A stretch of DNA of 62,940 bases, the filler included, from Hyphochytrium catenoides (Eukaryota; Protista; Hyphochytriomycota): assembly GCA_900088475.1 (NCBI GenBank). It is 7 parts of 7 records of this genome, joined end to end, with 100 filler letters (N's around TTAATTAATTAA, not from the genome) between each part and the next. Parts side by side here need not be neighbours in the genome. Positions count along the whole stretch, not along the records: positions 1 to 19,127 come from FLMG01004306.1; 6 more parts are not named here. One strand, 5' to 3'. The notes beneath the pieces are model-generated. The model did no database searches and was not told the origin of the DNA. It worked only from the letters and a program-made list of their open reading frames with translations. Each line of letters opens with the position of its first letter. The stretch's first letter is position 1. Shown in pieces: positions 1 to 11,120 of the stretch. The position numbers and the translations under genes were made by a program.

Positions 1-1074
1 CTCTCTCTCTCTCTCTTTACAGAGAAAGTCAGCACAGAGAGCAGAGAAGGCAGGAAGGAGGCTGCCCGACTGAGATGCCTATCACACTAACAGCTCAAGC
101 TACCTAATCCTCAGCATAATCACCCACTAGTACCGGATATATTGCCAAGAATACCAATCAGTAGTGGAAGGATCTGCCTATACCTGTTGATTAAACCGTA
201 GCACGTAAGAAGGAGGAAGATATCCGATTTTAAAAACCTCCACCACTTGAACTTACGCCACTCAAGATTCGGTACAACCAGGAACGCCAGAGCCCACCCA
301 CCCCGTCTTTCTCTCTCCTGATAACCTTCATATATTTCACTATCGCGTATGTTTCACATCTTTCTATAGTAATTACCTCTATGCTAAACTTCCCAATGCA
401 ATGTTTCTTTGCTGACCCAGTCAGCCAGTTCTTAGGTGGGGAAGTGCATGTCTGGTCCACATCTTGGAAGTGCAGCGGCCACCATTTCCCCCTTCCATCT
501 TGCTCTTTCTCTTGTCTCTCCCAGCCACTCTTCCTTTCAGTGAACCCCTTCTTATCAGTTGTAAATCAATATCTCTTTTGCTCTCTTCCTCGAATTTACC
601 TTTGCCTTCCGGGCATGGCTATCGAACGGAAACCTCTCTCTCACGCGCTCTGTCTCTCTCTCTCTCTTTCTCTCTCTCTCTTTCTCTCTCTTCTCGCTCT
701 CTCTATCTCTCTACCTCTGTCACTCTCTCTCTCTGTTGTCTGTCTCTCTCTCTTTCTCTCGTCTTACTCTCTTCCCTCTACCTCTCTGTCACTCTCTCTC
801 CCTCTCTCTCTCTCTCTTTTTCTCTATTCTCTTATGACTCTGTCCTTCTCTTCGCTGTCTTCCCCCTCCTGCCCTTTGGCTGCTTCCTTTTCCCAGAAGT
901 ACACTTCTCATCAGAGTGGCGTTTTCCTCCCTGTGTTGCCCGCTTTTACACATCATCACAAGGGAAGCCCGCTGCACGCTGCACTCAGGGAAACGGTAGG
1001 AGAACACACCTCTTCGCCCTAAAGAGCAGGAGAAACAGAGAAGGGCGGAGNNNNNNNNNNNNNNNNNNNNNNNN

Positions 1075-1530
1075 GAGATGGGCACCGTTTGAGAGGATGT
1101 GCTGATCTAAAACCGAAAGAAAGTGTATGTCTCTCCAAGAGAAGCATCATCATCATCATCGTCGGCTTTTTGGGAAGAACAGAAAGAAGATCACGGTATT
1201 TCTCTTCCCAGATGGTGATCTTTTATTTTAATTGGGAAAGAGATGGTGTTCTTGGGTTCTTTCTTTCCTCTTCAGAGCGGTGCCCTGTCCTTCGATTGGC
1301 ACGTTTTGAGAGAGAGAGAGAGAGATGGAGAGAGAGAAAGAGAGAGAGAGAGAGAGATAAAGAGGCAGTAGAGGAGAGGGAGATGGGCACTGCTTGAGAG
1401 GATGTGCTTCTTTTGAACTTCCAAAGAAAAGTGTATGTCTCCCCAAGAGAAGCCTCTTCAATTACCTTCTCTGGCTCTTGGAAGAAGAAGAGAAAGATCA
1501 CTGCTTCTTTCCTCTTGAGAGCTCTGTTTG
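1075..1530. repeat. Diverged direct repeat (~305 bp period); first copy has imperfect terminal inverted repeats
   Basis: gagatgggcacygyttgagaggatgtgct...aaagtgtatgtctcyccaagagaagc at 1075 and 1380; 1075-1097 is an imperfect reverse complement of ~1266-1289. Confidence 0.6.
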
Positions 1531-1554
1531 TCCTCTACTACTTGGGCCCCAAGT

Positions 1555-1596
<42 letters not shown>

Positions 1597-3903
1597 GTTA
1601 TGCCAAAAAAAGGCAGCGACGTAGGAGAATCAGCGTGGAATGAAGAAAAGTAAAACTGTGGAGCAGAAATAACCTGCAGCGGCATCTTCTTGAGCAAACT
1701 GGAGAGAGGAGAGAGAAGAGACACGCCTGCCGCTCTTCTCTTTGTGCCTCTTCAGTGCGACTGTGCACCTTTAGAGAAGGCGAGGGAGATACAGAGAGAG
1801 AGAGAGAGAGAGAAAGAGATAGGGATTGAATACGCAGAAAGAACAATGCAGGAAAGAGAAAAAAGAGACACAGGGAGAGAAAAGAGAGAGGAGAGAGGAG
1901 AGAGGAGAGTAAAAGGAAGAGAGGAGAAGGGTACGAGAGAAAAAGCAAATAAGAAAGACAAGTCTAGAAAATGCAGGAAAGAGAAAAGAGAGAGAGAGAG
2001 GGAGAGAAAAGAAAGAGAGGAGAGGAGAGGAGAAGAGTACGAGAGAAAAAGCAAATAAGAGAGACACGTCTAGTACCGCAGCTGTTGGCGCGTCGTTAGA
2101 ATAAAGACCTCCTCTCTCCACCGCACTACTATGAGCAGACTGTCTTCCTTCCCGTCGAGGGCAGATGTCTCTCTTCTCTTGTTAGCCCAGCGGCGCCATC
2201 ACTCGCTGTAGGGAGACAAGAGAAAGACTGAGGATGAGCCAGGGAGAAAAGCAGCAGGAGGAAGAGAAAGAGGGAAACCTTTCTTCCGTGTGCTTTGAAG
2301 AGGAGTCAAAGGGAGAGAGAGATACCCAGAACGAGAGAGATGTCTAGGAAAATGAGAGAGAAAAAGAAGAAATGATGCCTGCCTTCAAAGTAGAGACGTG
2401 ATCTAATAAGAAGAGAAAGAGCCCGGATAAGGCCGCAGAAGAGCAGCACCACCAGCAGTAGAAAGAGCGACGCTTCTTCTTCCTCTGGACTACTTTTGGC
2501 TTTGAAAGAAACAGATATGGTGGGTCTCGGAGAAAAGAGATAAAGAAGGAGAGACTAAGATGCCGTCAGGGCAAGGTGATAGTGTCCATGAAGAGAAAAG
2601 TCATCAAAAGAAATCTTTGCTGCTCGTCGTAAGATGGCAGTTTTGCTTGCTGCTCGTGATGCTCTAAAGGAAAAGAAGGAGNNNNNNNNNNNNNNNNNNN
2701 NNNNNNNNNNNNNNNNNNNNNNNNNNNNNNNNNNNNNNNNNNNNNNNNNNNNNNNNNNNNNNNNNNNNNNNTCTCTCTCACATACAATGCCATGCCAGCT
2801 TACTCTTGTTCCATTGTTTGGACGCTTTGATGGGACGCGTCCCAGTCAGAGGCTAGGATTGCCCTGTTCTTACTCTAACAAAGGCAGCCGCGTCCCCTTC
2901 CTAAAAGCCACAGCACTCACATATCTGTTCGCGTTTGGACGTGATCTTCTACGGAGAGATGCGAAAGGAATGGCACGTTGCCGGCCAGTGTTATGCTAGA
3001 TTCCCTTTGGCACTTGCAGGAAGAGAACCCTTAGAAGGAGGAGTCGTCAGCAGGAGAGATGAGGAAAAGGAAAGCAGATAAGCTCTGCCAGCAGAACAAA
3101 TGCGCCGGCCAGTGTCGGGCTAACTGTTGGGAGGCAAAGAGAGAGAGAGAGAGGAAAGACAGAGGCATCGCGCTCACTTAGCAGCCAGGGAGAGATGGCT
3201 CTTCTTGCTTTGGATTGAGCAGAGCAGGACAGACAAGAAAGACTACGACTATCGGACTGGAGACAGTTTCTATGCTGCCAAAGGAAAAGAGCTTTGAAGC
3301 CTGACGAGGAGCCAGACCTGACCATGGAATGGGAACCAGGCAAAGAGCTGAGAGCGAGAAGGGAAATGAGGAAGAAGCAGGAAGAAGTTGGAAGAGCCTA
3401 AAGACTGCTTTGCGCCTCTTCTTCTTCATCGGAAGCGCTAGCATTAACTGAGAGAAAGGACCACGAACTGCTCCACTAGAGCTCATGGAAGGGAGGAAGG
3501 AAGAAGAAGCACCTCGCTGCTCTTGATTAACGTTTATAATGATAATAGAAGAAGGTCCCATCGACCGACAATGAGGAGATAAGTGCTTCTGTGAGCAGAG
3601 AAGGTAAGATGATTGAACGGAAGAGGGCGCCGAAGACGAAGGGAGGAGGCAGATGATGAAGGATGGTAGAGACCATAGGAGGAAAGAGTGGAAAAGGAGA
3701 ACGAAGGCGCTCTCTCTCTCTGTTTCTCCCTCCCAGCACCAGAGCCCGCTATGGCTCCGTAGAGATTGTTCACCGGCCAAGAACGGACGGAAGCAGATCA
3801 AGGACAGTAGTAGGGGCAAGACGAGAGGAGAATGAAGAGATGACTCGAAGAGAATGGTCTCTCTCTCTCTCTTCTCTTTCTCTCTCTAGCTCCTTCCAGC
3901 ACC

Positions 3904-5079
3904 TTAGAAGGCTCTGTGGTCCATTAGAGACACCTCACTTCTCAGTGTTCTTCTTGATGTTTCGGCATTCTGCTGAGACGCGACTATCGATGAGCCTATC
4001 AACGTTCCCACACTGGTTACTCCCAGGGTAGTGTAGAGGGCGATCTTTACAATGCGTCTCCAGTCCCGTGTGAGCTTCGTGTATGCAGCTTTCTCCTCCC
4101 TCAGGAACTGCTCAGCCTTAGCAAGTGAGGTTTCCGCCCCCACTAGTTTTCTCTCCTCCAGCACTTTCTGAGAGGCTTTGACAAACCTCTGCAAGATCGC
4201 GACATCTTTCCCTGAAAGGCCCGGCCACCCTTCGACCAAACCGCTTAACGTTATCAGCTGCTGCTGATATTTGCTAATGTCAGAGTGAGACGGCGGGCTC
4301 AACTCATCTCCTTTAATCAGGTTTTCCTTGACAAGCGGTGATCCGTCTGGCAGAGTATATTCAGTAGGTAGTGATGCGAGTTCTTCGCGGGCTTGATTCC
4401 ATTCATCTGTTGCTGTCTTCAGGGATGTCTGCTCCTGTTTCCCCTCAACGGGCTCTTTATGTCGAAGGGCCAACTGGTACTCTTCTCTAGCGCTCTTGAG
4501 AACCGTAGTCGCGTCTTCGAATTTTTTTAACGCTATTCCATACTGCAGTACTCTCCGCTTCACTATCGTAGTCAGCTGCGATATACGTTCTCTGACCGTT
4601 GAGGGAATACTTGCCTGGGCCTTGGCATCGATCTGTGCTAGCTCGTATGCATGTTGATTTGGATCAGTAGCAGCAACCCTTGCATTTTGAAGTTCCGTCT
4701 GTGCGTAATTCACTCGGTTGAGAGCTTCACTAAGGCGGTTGTCAGCATCGTGCAGCGCAGGAGCTTGGTCTGGAGAGTTTTGCTGCGGTGATTTGCTCCT
4801 GCCCAGCCACCCTGGTCGTCCTGTTCGTCCCTGCCTCGATCCAGTGGTCCTGGTGCCTGTCCTCTGGAAAAGGTTTTTGAGGGGCCCCACCACCTTACTC
4901 TTAACAACCCCACTAGCTCCTTTATAAATGGGGGGTAGTCCAGCACATGATGGCTCAGTGAAGTGCAGGAGTAGGAGAGAGAGAAGAGCAAGGGCGATCA
5001 GGTAACGTTGGGAGGAACAAACTCTTCGTCGTCCGCTCTTTCCTCTCTCTTGTTTCATAAGCAATGGACGACTCATCAT
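3904..5079 (-). CDS. Orphan secretory-pathway coiled-coil protein with C-terminal TM helix (paralog A, ~391 aa)
   Basis: Long uninterrupted ORF with protein-like composition. ATG at 5079 (MMSR, same start as paralog B), hydrophobic LIALALLSLLLLHF then SCA, A/E/K/Q-rich helical middle, TM IALYTTLGVTSVGTLIGSSIVAS, tail RRTLRSEVSLMDHRAF. Clear N- and C-terminal homology to 12444..13916. Confidence 0.85.
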   Translation of the reverse strand: MMSRPLLMKQERGKSGRRRVCSSQRYLIALALLSLLLLHFTEPSCAGLPPIYKGASGVVKSKVVGPLKNLFQRTGTRTTGSRQGRTGRPGWLGRSKSPQQNSPDQAPALHDADNRLSEALNRVNYAQTELQNARVAATDPNQHAYELAQIDAKAQASIPSTVRERISQLTTIVKRRVLQYGIALKKFEDATTVLKSAREEYQLALRHKEPVEGKQEQTSLKTATDEWNQAREELASLPTEYTLPDGSPLVKENLIKGDELSPPSHSDISKYQQQLITLSGLVEGWPGLSGKDVAILQRFVKASQKVLEERKLVGAETSLAKAEQFLREEKAAYTKLTRDWRRIVKIALYTTLGVTSVGTLIGSSIVASQQNAETSRRTLRSEVSLMDHRAF

Positions 5080-5874
5080 GCTTGGTGGGAAGAACACGCC
5101 CAGAAGTCAGTCGCTGTTGCCAGTTCCGATGCTTATCGCCAAGCCCCACTGAAGAGATAGACGGAAAGTGTTGGAGAGATAGACGGAGATGTTGCTAAAA
5201 ACCGAGATCAGTCTTGGTGGAAGACGTCAAGTTGGAGAATGAAGAGTGGATGAGGTGTCATCCTCGCTACGCACATGGGAAAAAGAGATTGAAGCGAGAG
5301 AAGGAAGAGAAGAGAGGTGGACTGGAGGGCCACTGCAGGCGATGAATGGATGGCAGGAAGCAGGATGCGATGCCAAACCGTTTATCTCTTCCATCTATTG
5401 CCCTTCCGCTGGATCAGACCTTTCTTCTCTTCTTCAGGGGTCTCCATCGTAATCCTCTATTTCTCAAACGCTCATCTTTGCATCCTCTATGTCTGTCTCT
5501 CTCTATCTTTACATTTATCTCTCCCCTCCGCGGTCGCTCTTTCTTCTCGGTTACTCCTTCTCACTCCGTAACCTCCTACTACTTCGCTCACTCATCTCTC
5601 CAGCTCCGGATCGTCGATTTTTTGGGATAAGAGTGCCGATTCCATCGATTGATCTGCTCGTCCGTGTCTCTTCTCCGTCGTTTCTGAGTCATTTCGCGAA
5701 GGTGTCCTCTCCCTTTCGCCTCTGTTATGGTCTTGCCCCCACCTTGCCAATGTCTCTCTCTCCCTCTCGTTCTATCTATCCTCCCTTGGCGGGAACATTG
5801 CTTTCATCTAAGTCCTCCTTTCCTGCCGCATGATCCTCGCCTGTCTGTGCGAACTTAATGCACATTGTACATGG

Positions 5875-6445
5875 ATTCTTGGATCTCTTCGTTGCATGGC
5901 ATCTTCTCCGTGTCTCACTCTCATCTCTTACCCTGCACGGCTCTTCTGGTCTGATGTGCTGTCATTTCTATCACCAGGAACTACCATCTACTCTCTCAAG
6001 CAGTCGCGCTCTGTCTCTGCAGTCTCCTTTGTCCACCCTGCACTCCAACTTTTTGCGAAACGTGAGAAGAAAGAACCGAGTTCAAGTCTATCTGGGGACG
6101 ACTCTCTCCTCTTTCCTCACTTCTCACCAGCTATGAGGGTAGGAAAAGAACCAAGCCGGGAAGTTCTACCTCCGTCTTGTGCTGCGTGCTCTTTCTTTTG
6201 CTCTCTCTGTCTCTCTCTGTCTCTGTCTCTGTCTTTCTCTCTTATCCTTTCTTCCCTGGATTCTTATCTTCAATGTATGTCTTCTTCTCAGTGTCTCTCG
6301 CTCATCTCTTACACTGCACGGCTCTTGTGGTCTGAGGTGCTGCCATTTCTATCACTAGCAACTACCATCTACTGTCTCAAACAGTCGCACTCTGTCTCTG
6401 CATTCTCCTATGTCCGCCCCACTCTTCTAATTTTCTCCGAAAACG
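5875..6445. repeat. ~170-185 bp direct repeat, two copies (~5875-6060 and ~6257-6445)
   Basis: ctcatctcttacmctgcacggctcttstggtctgakgtgctgycatttctatcacyagsaactaccatctact present twice. Confidence 0.8.
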
Positions 6446-6823
6446 TGCCTTTTGTTCTTCTCTCTCTGACTCTCTCCTCCTCTCTCTTCTTCTTCTTTTC
6501 TTCTTTCCACGCTCCCGGTCTCTCCCTCTCTTCATCTCTTTTTCCTCTCTCTCTCTCTTCTCTCCTCTTTTGTTTTCTCTCTCTCGTCCATTGCTCCGAC
6601 AACCACACATGCCCGTAGCCAGCGCGAACCCTGCTGCGGACATGGCCTTTGGATGAGGTAAAATAGGACAGCACGTGAGTGGACTAAAGGTCTAGACTCT
6701 ATTTGTACATTAGTTCTAGAGTTAGCTCTACCGGTCCCTCTCTCTCCCTACATCAGTTGGTTTTCCTCTTGCGTGTATCCACCCTGTCCGGGACCCCGAG
6801 TCGGGAGCTGTAAATAGAACGCC

Positions 6824-6840
6824 GGTTAGGGTTAGGGTTA
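6824..6840 (+). repeat. Short interstitial telomere-like (TTAGGG)n tract
   Basis: ggttagggttagggtta read directly. Confidence 0.5.
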
Positions 6841-7450
6841 CGGAGGGTAAAAAGCGAATAGACGACCCTTTCACCATCTCGAATGTTCCCACCGCTCAGT
6901 GTGTGCAATCCTCGTCCTCTCGCGTTTCTCAGTTGTTCCTAGGGCTCGAGGCGCTCCGGCTACCGCGTCCGCATTCTTCTCACTCCTAATCAGCGGCAAG
7001 CCCATATGTAGCGGATGGTTGCCTGTTAGCGGTACTTGGTCACTGCTATAAGTCCGTTAGTGGTTTAACATGAAGGTAATTGGACGGCAAGGGGCCATTA
7101 ACGGACTTTTTTATAAAAAAGCAAATGGGCGGGATTTTTGTAGCCAATAGAGCTGGTAACGCTGACTATGTCTTTACTCATTTATTTTAGGTGGGGTTTA
7201 CTGATTTTGTGGATTTCCATTCGTTCATGTGGTAGTTCTACCACTGTCCTCCTGCTGGCCCGTAGACAGCATTCAAACAAACCACATCAAAGAGATGAGG
7301 TTGTCCGTTAGCAGCCCCACTGATTGGAATAAACGGCTCCCGGACGAGTTGAGATGAACTCAAGAAAGGATAAGATCAGGAGCTTTTAGAAATAGAACAG
7401 ACAAGTCACTTGACCGCGCTGTTCTAGACGACACTAAAGCGACCTCGAGT

Positions 7451-7699
7451 TCTTCTTACTTTGGTCCCCTAACATTCTTATTAAGAACGAGACATACTGT
7501 CTACAGCAGTAAAACGGTAGTAGAAGACCGTGTAGTCCTTTTTACTTTGGCTCCCTCCGAGAAGCTGTGGCCTGTCTCTCTAGGAACAGTAAAAGAACAA
7601 CAGAAGACAATGTATTTCTTCTTACTTTGGCTTCCCTATCATCAAGCACTAGAACAGCTACTAGAACATACTTCCAACAGTAAAACGGTAGTAGAAGAC
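7451..7699. repeat. Diverged ~80-90 bp tandem repeat, 3 units
   Basis: Blocks ttactttgg-y-ccct (7451, 7537, 7617) and cagtaaaa...agaagac (7507, 7587, 7678) recur with ~83 bp period. Confidence 0.7.
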
Positions 7700-8249
7700 A
7701 CTCTCTAGCCCGACTAATAAGCTCTTCACAGTAATAACTCTCTAGGAAATGTGTGTGGCACAGTGGCAGCGCAAACCAAGAGGCTTGTCCGCATCATGAA
7801 GAGCACTAGCGGAACCGTTGTCGGGGCGCAAGGATTCTCTTCTTTTCTCCAATTTTTTTAACGTCAACTTCGATAGGTCTTTTATTATTATTATATATAA
7901 TAAGAAGGAGGGGTGGTTTCTTTATGAACTACTATAACTGAGAAGGAGTAAGAAGAAGAAGAAAAGAAAGACGAAAGAGGAGAAGAAGGAGGAGAAGAAG
8001 AAGAAGTTCTAGAAGAGGAAGAAGAAGAAGTTCTAGAAGAGGAAGAAAAAGAAGAGACGGGAAACTCTACAACGCCTTGCCACGCAGCTCGATCTCCTCC
8101 TCCACACTCAAGGTCAGTAAAGGAAGAATCAAAGTTGATCTCCTCAGTGATAACAAGAGGAGAAGAAGGAGGAGGAGGAGGGTTGAACCACAACCAAATG
8201 TCGTTACCATCAAGTTCAACCACCACGAGCAAGCAAGCGAAGGGTCCAG

Positions 8250-9395
8250 CTGCTCAAGAGGAATTCGATTCAAATCTGAGGCGCAGCTTTTCCATCAACC
8301 ACCATAGAGATTCTCGTGTGAAGGCGTAAAGCCATGGCCAAGCGGGACCATTGACCAAGACGCCGAGAACCATCAAGAGCAGAGCGGTCACACTGAAGCT
8401 TCACCAGACGTTTTACACAATAATCAACGACGCCCGGCCCAACGACTTCCAAACTAGCGGGACCAATTGGAGCCCTGCAGCCTAAGGAGCCTCATACTTC
8501 TCCAGCTTTGGCTTCGCATACAAGCGACCTTGATAGCCGGCAGGGATTGCTGCATAGGAAGGGTTCTAGATTGCAGCAAGTCTGTGACAGACACATCAAA
8601 GGTCGCATGCTGAACGAGGCCGAGAAGCCACGAACCAACAAGTCTCCCGGTTTTGAATATGACCCCGGGAAGAGTTGACGGAGTCCGCGAGAGACTTTGA
8701 GGCCAGAGTCCCGAAAAACATAAAAGAGAATATCCTGAACACGACGATACTACGATGACTAGCGCGGCACCATCGCCACGGCGACATACGATGCCGAGAT
8801 CCCAAAAACATCCATAGGACACGAGCAGGTCTTCTGGCAAGAGAAGGGAACAGGTGAGCATACGAGATGGATCCCAAGGAATCGCCAGAGCATCACCCGG
8901 AACACCAAGGGGGACGAAACCCTTAACTGCATCCAGGATTTAGGAGCAGCCCGAAGGAAAGCCCCTGCATAAGGGAGAGAAGTAGCCCGGAAGCGAGCCT
9001 TCGACTGCAAGTCCAGGGCAGCGGAAGACAAGAAGACCTTGGCAGACGCTGCCCAAACAAACCGTGACAAATAGTGCTGCAGCACAGTCTCTTCTCGAGA
9101 AATTAATCGAGAAAGGGCACACGCACTTCCGCATCATGGACATCAAGAGCTTGCCAGAAGGCGTCGAGCAGCTCGTCGGCGAATGGTGGATAGTAAGCCT
9201 CGACGCCGTCCGGCATACGCAGGAGCTGCTTGATGAACTTGGCCGAGCCACCACCAGAGCCAAGGTAGGGCGGGCAGATGCAGCGCCAAGGTCACCCAGG
9301 CGAACGGGCAGGATACCTTGGTGTCAAACCAGGTTCGATACAGAAGGGAGACCCAGTAAGCGAGCAACGAAGCCACGTAGATGGAGGTCAAACTA
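8250..9395 (-). mobile_element. 5'-truncated, frameshifted CRE-clade-like non-LTR retrotransposon (post-RT region, Cys/His knuckle, restriction-like endonuclease)
   Basis: Motifs in expected order across frames: FDLHLRGFVARLLG..QGILPVRLGDLGAASA; ARFRATSLPYAGAFLRAAP..VFRVMLWRFLG; C-x-C-PMDVFG..CRRG; ATFDVSVTD; EVVG..; RISMVV. These match the conserved C-terminal half of RLE-type (CRE/SLACS/Cnl1-like) elements as I recognise them. Confidence 0.7.
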
Positions 9396-10499
9396 AGAGC
9401 ACAGAGAAGACACGACCGTAGCTTTCTTACATTTATCTACTGCTATTCTAAGAATAATAGAACTACAAAGAAGAAAAGAAAAAGTAACAGAAGAAGAAAG
9501 TAGGAGAAGAAGAAAAAGAGGAAGAAGGAAGTCGAAGAAGAAGAAGAAGAGACTGAAGAAAAGGCAATAGCTACAAAGTCCTGAATTTTTTTAACACGCT
9601 CTCCTCCTCAGCGGCAATAACGATAGGAGACGGAGGAGGAGAAGAAGAGGGCGTAGCTCCAAGACCATCATCATCATGCTCAGCCAGGTACGCAAGAGCG
9701 CAGAGAGCGCAGTCCAACTGCTGACGAGGCAGTTTTCTTCTTTAGAGCTACCACTGTACTCAGAAGAAGGGGAAGAAGAAGAAGGAGATAACAAGAAGAA
9801 GAAGGAGAAGAGACAACAAGAGCTAGAAAGCCTTATTTTCATCTTCGACTCTCGCTTCTCCACACTCGGTTCCGAACGGGAAGAATTATAGTTGAAGCTC
9901 TCAGCAATAGTGACAGGAGAGGAAGGAATGAGGCCGAGGAAGTATCAGTGGTGTCAAGAACGTTCCCATTATTGAAGTTCATTGAAGCTTTACAAGCTGC
10001 TGCGCACCGTCCAGGCCACGCGGCACAACTCCTCCCAAGGAAGGACTCCTAACCTTCTTGGGGCGGGACACATTGCAGCCCTACAGCCTTACCGCGAGCA
10101 ACAGAAGGCGACCTTTGTAGCCGTTAGACCGCTGCCTATCATGGGAAAGACTTCTGGTGGTTTACAGCGAGCCCCTGGTGATGGACACCTCAAGAGCCGT
10201 GTTGCTGAGAAGAAGTGAAAAAGCCACCAAGGACAACTATATCCCTAGGCTTTGTGCTTGGAGAAGACGATGTCGTGAGCGCGATTTATCTATTATGAAT
10301 CCTCGTTGTGCTCCAGGATAGCAGCGCCTTAGGCCCGAATGGAAGCCTTGGACGGATTGCCTGATCATCCGCATCAACAGCCAGGCGGCGGTCCTTGTTG
10401 GATGTGTTGTCACCTACTTAAACCACTTCATCTCCTTTACCTTCTCCTCTTCTTTCCGTTTTAGAGTCGCAATCAAACAGTCGCCCATCATCCTTGGAA

Positions 10500-11120
10500 C
10501 AGGACACCTGATGATGGGCTGAAGCAGCTGCGAGACCTTGTGAAGCTTCTGACTAGCCGCTTTACGATTTAGATAGGGAGATCAGGGATTCCTTTCTTCA
10601 TTGCTAAGTGGAGAATGGTGAAGCTTCACAGTGCGTCATTGGAAGATCAGAACAAGCCAGGGCGGTGGGAGCTGTCAGACGATAAGGAAACAGTAGGAGA
10701 GATCTTCCAGTGTGAAGAACAGCAGACTGATAATGTGTGTTAATAAGTAATAGTAGAGGTAGTGCACGTGAAGATGTAGGGATGTAGGCAAGAGCAGCAG
10801 GAGACGAAGAGAAGAGGAGGAGAGAGAGAAGAAGTGAGAGAAACAAGCTAAGGTGGTAGATATGTAGGAGCAGTAGGCAGGGATAACAAGCACTGGGTGG
10901 TGCAGAGCAGGTCGGTCAGGACTTATTAGCCGTCTCTTTCTAACGACGCTAAACACGCCATTTCCTGCTAGATGACCGCTGAATTGACTTACTGCTTTGA
11001 TGCTGCAGGGAGGCTTTTCTGACTCTTGCGTTGCTAGCTTAGATTACGTCCCTGAGCAGATTCGTCGGCCGATATCTGGAGCTTATTGCGGCTTCAGAAA
11101 TCAGTCTTCAGACTCGATCC
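10500..11120 (+). pseudogene. Degenerate exon-intron-exon relic of an unknown gene (copy 1)
   Basis: Homologous to 17700-18370. After acceptor-like aacag it reads TPDDGLKQLRDLVKLL.., later IDLLL*CCREAFLTL, with stops. Confidence 0.45.

Noticed and set aside
381-2121. Many 70-210 aa ORFs rich in SLSL/ERER (also near 14156, 28566, 43660, 51564)
   Set aside because: Read-through of (CT)n/(GA)n tracts, which lack stop codons; no domain content.
5830-6618. 262-aa ORF with an internal repeat
   Set aside because: Explained by a DNA direct repeat in pyrimidine-rich sequence; composition is not protein-like.
7451-7699. CRISPR-like array
   Set aside because: Repeats are degenerate, spacers resemble each other, the context is eukaryotic and no cas genes are present.
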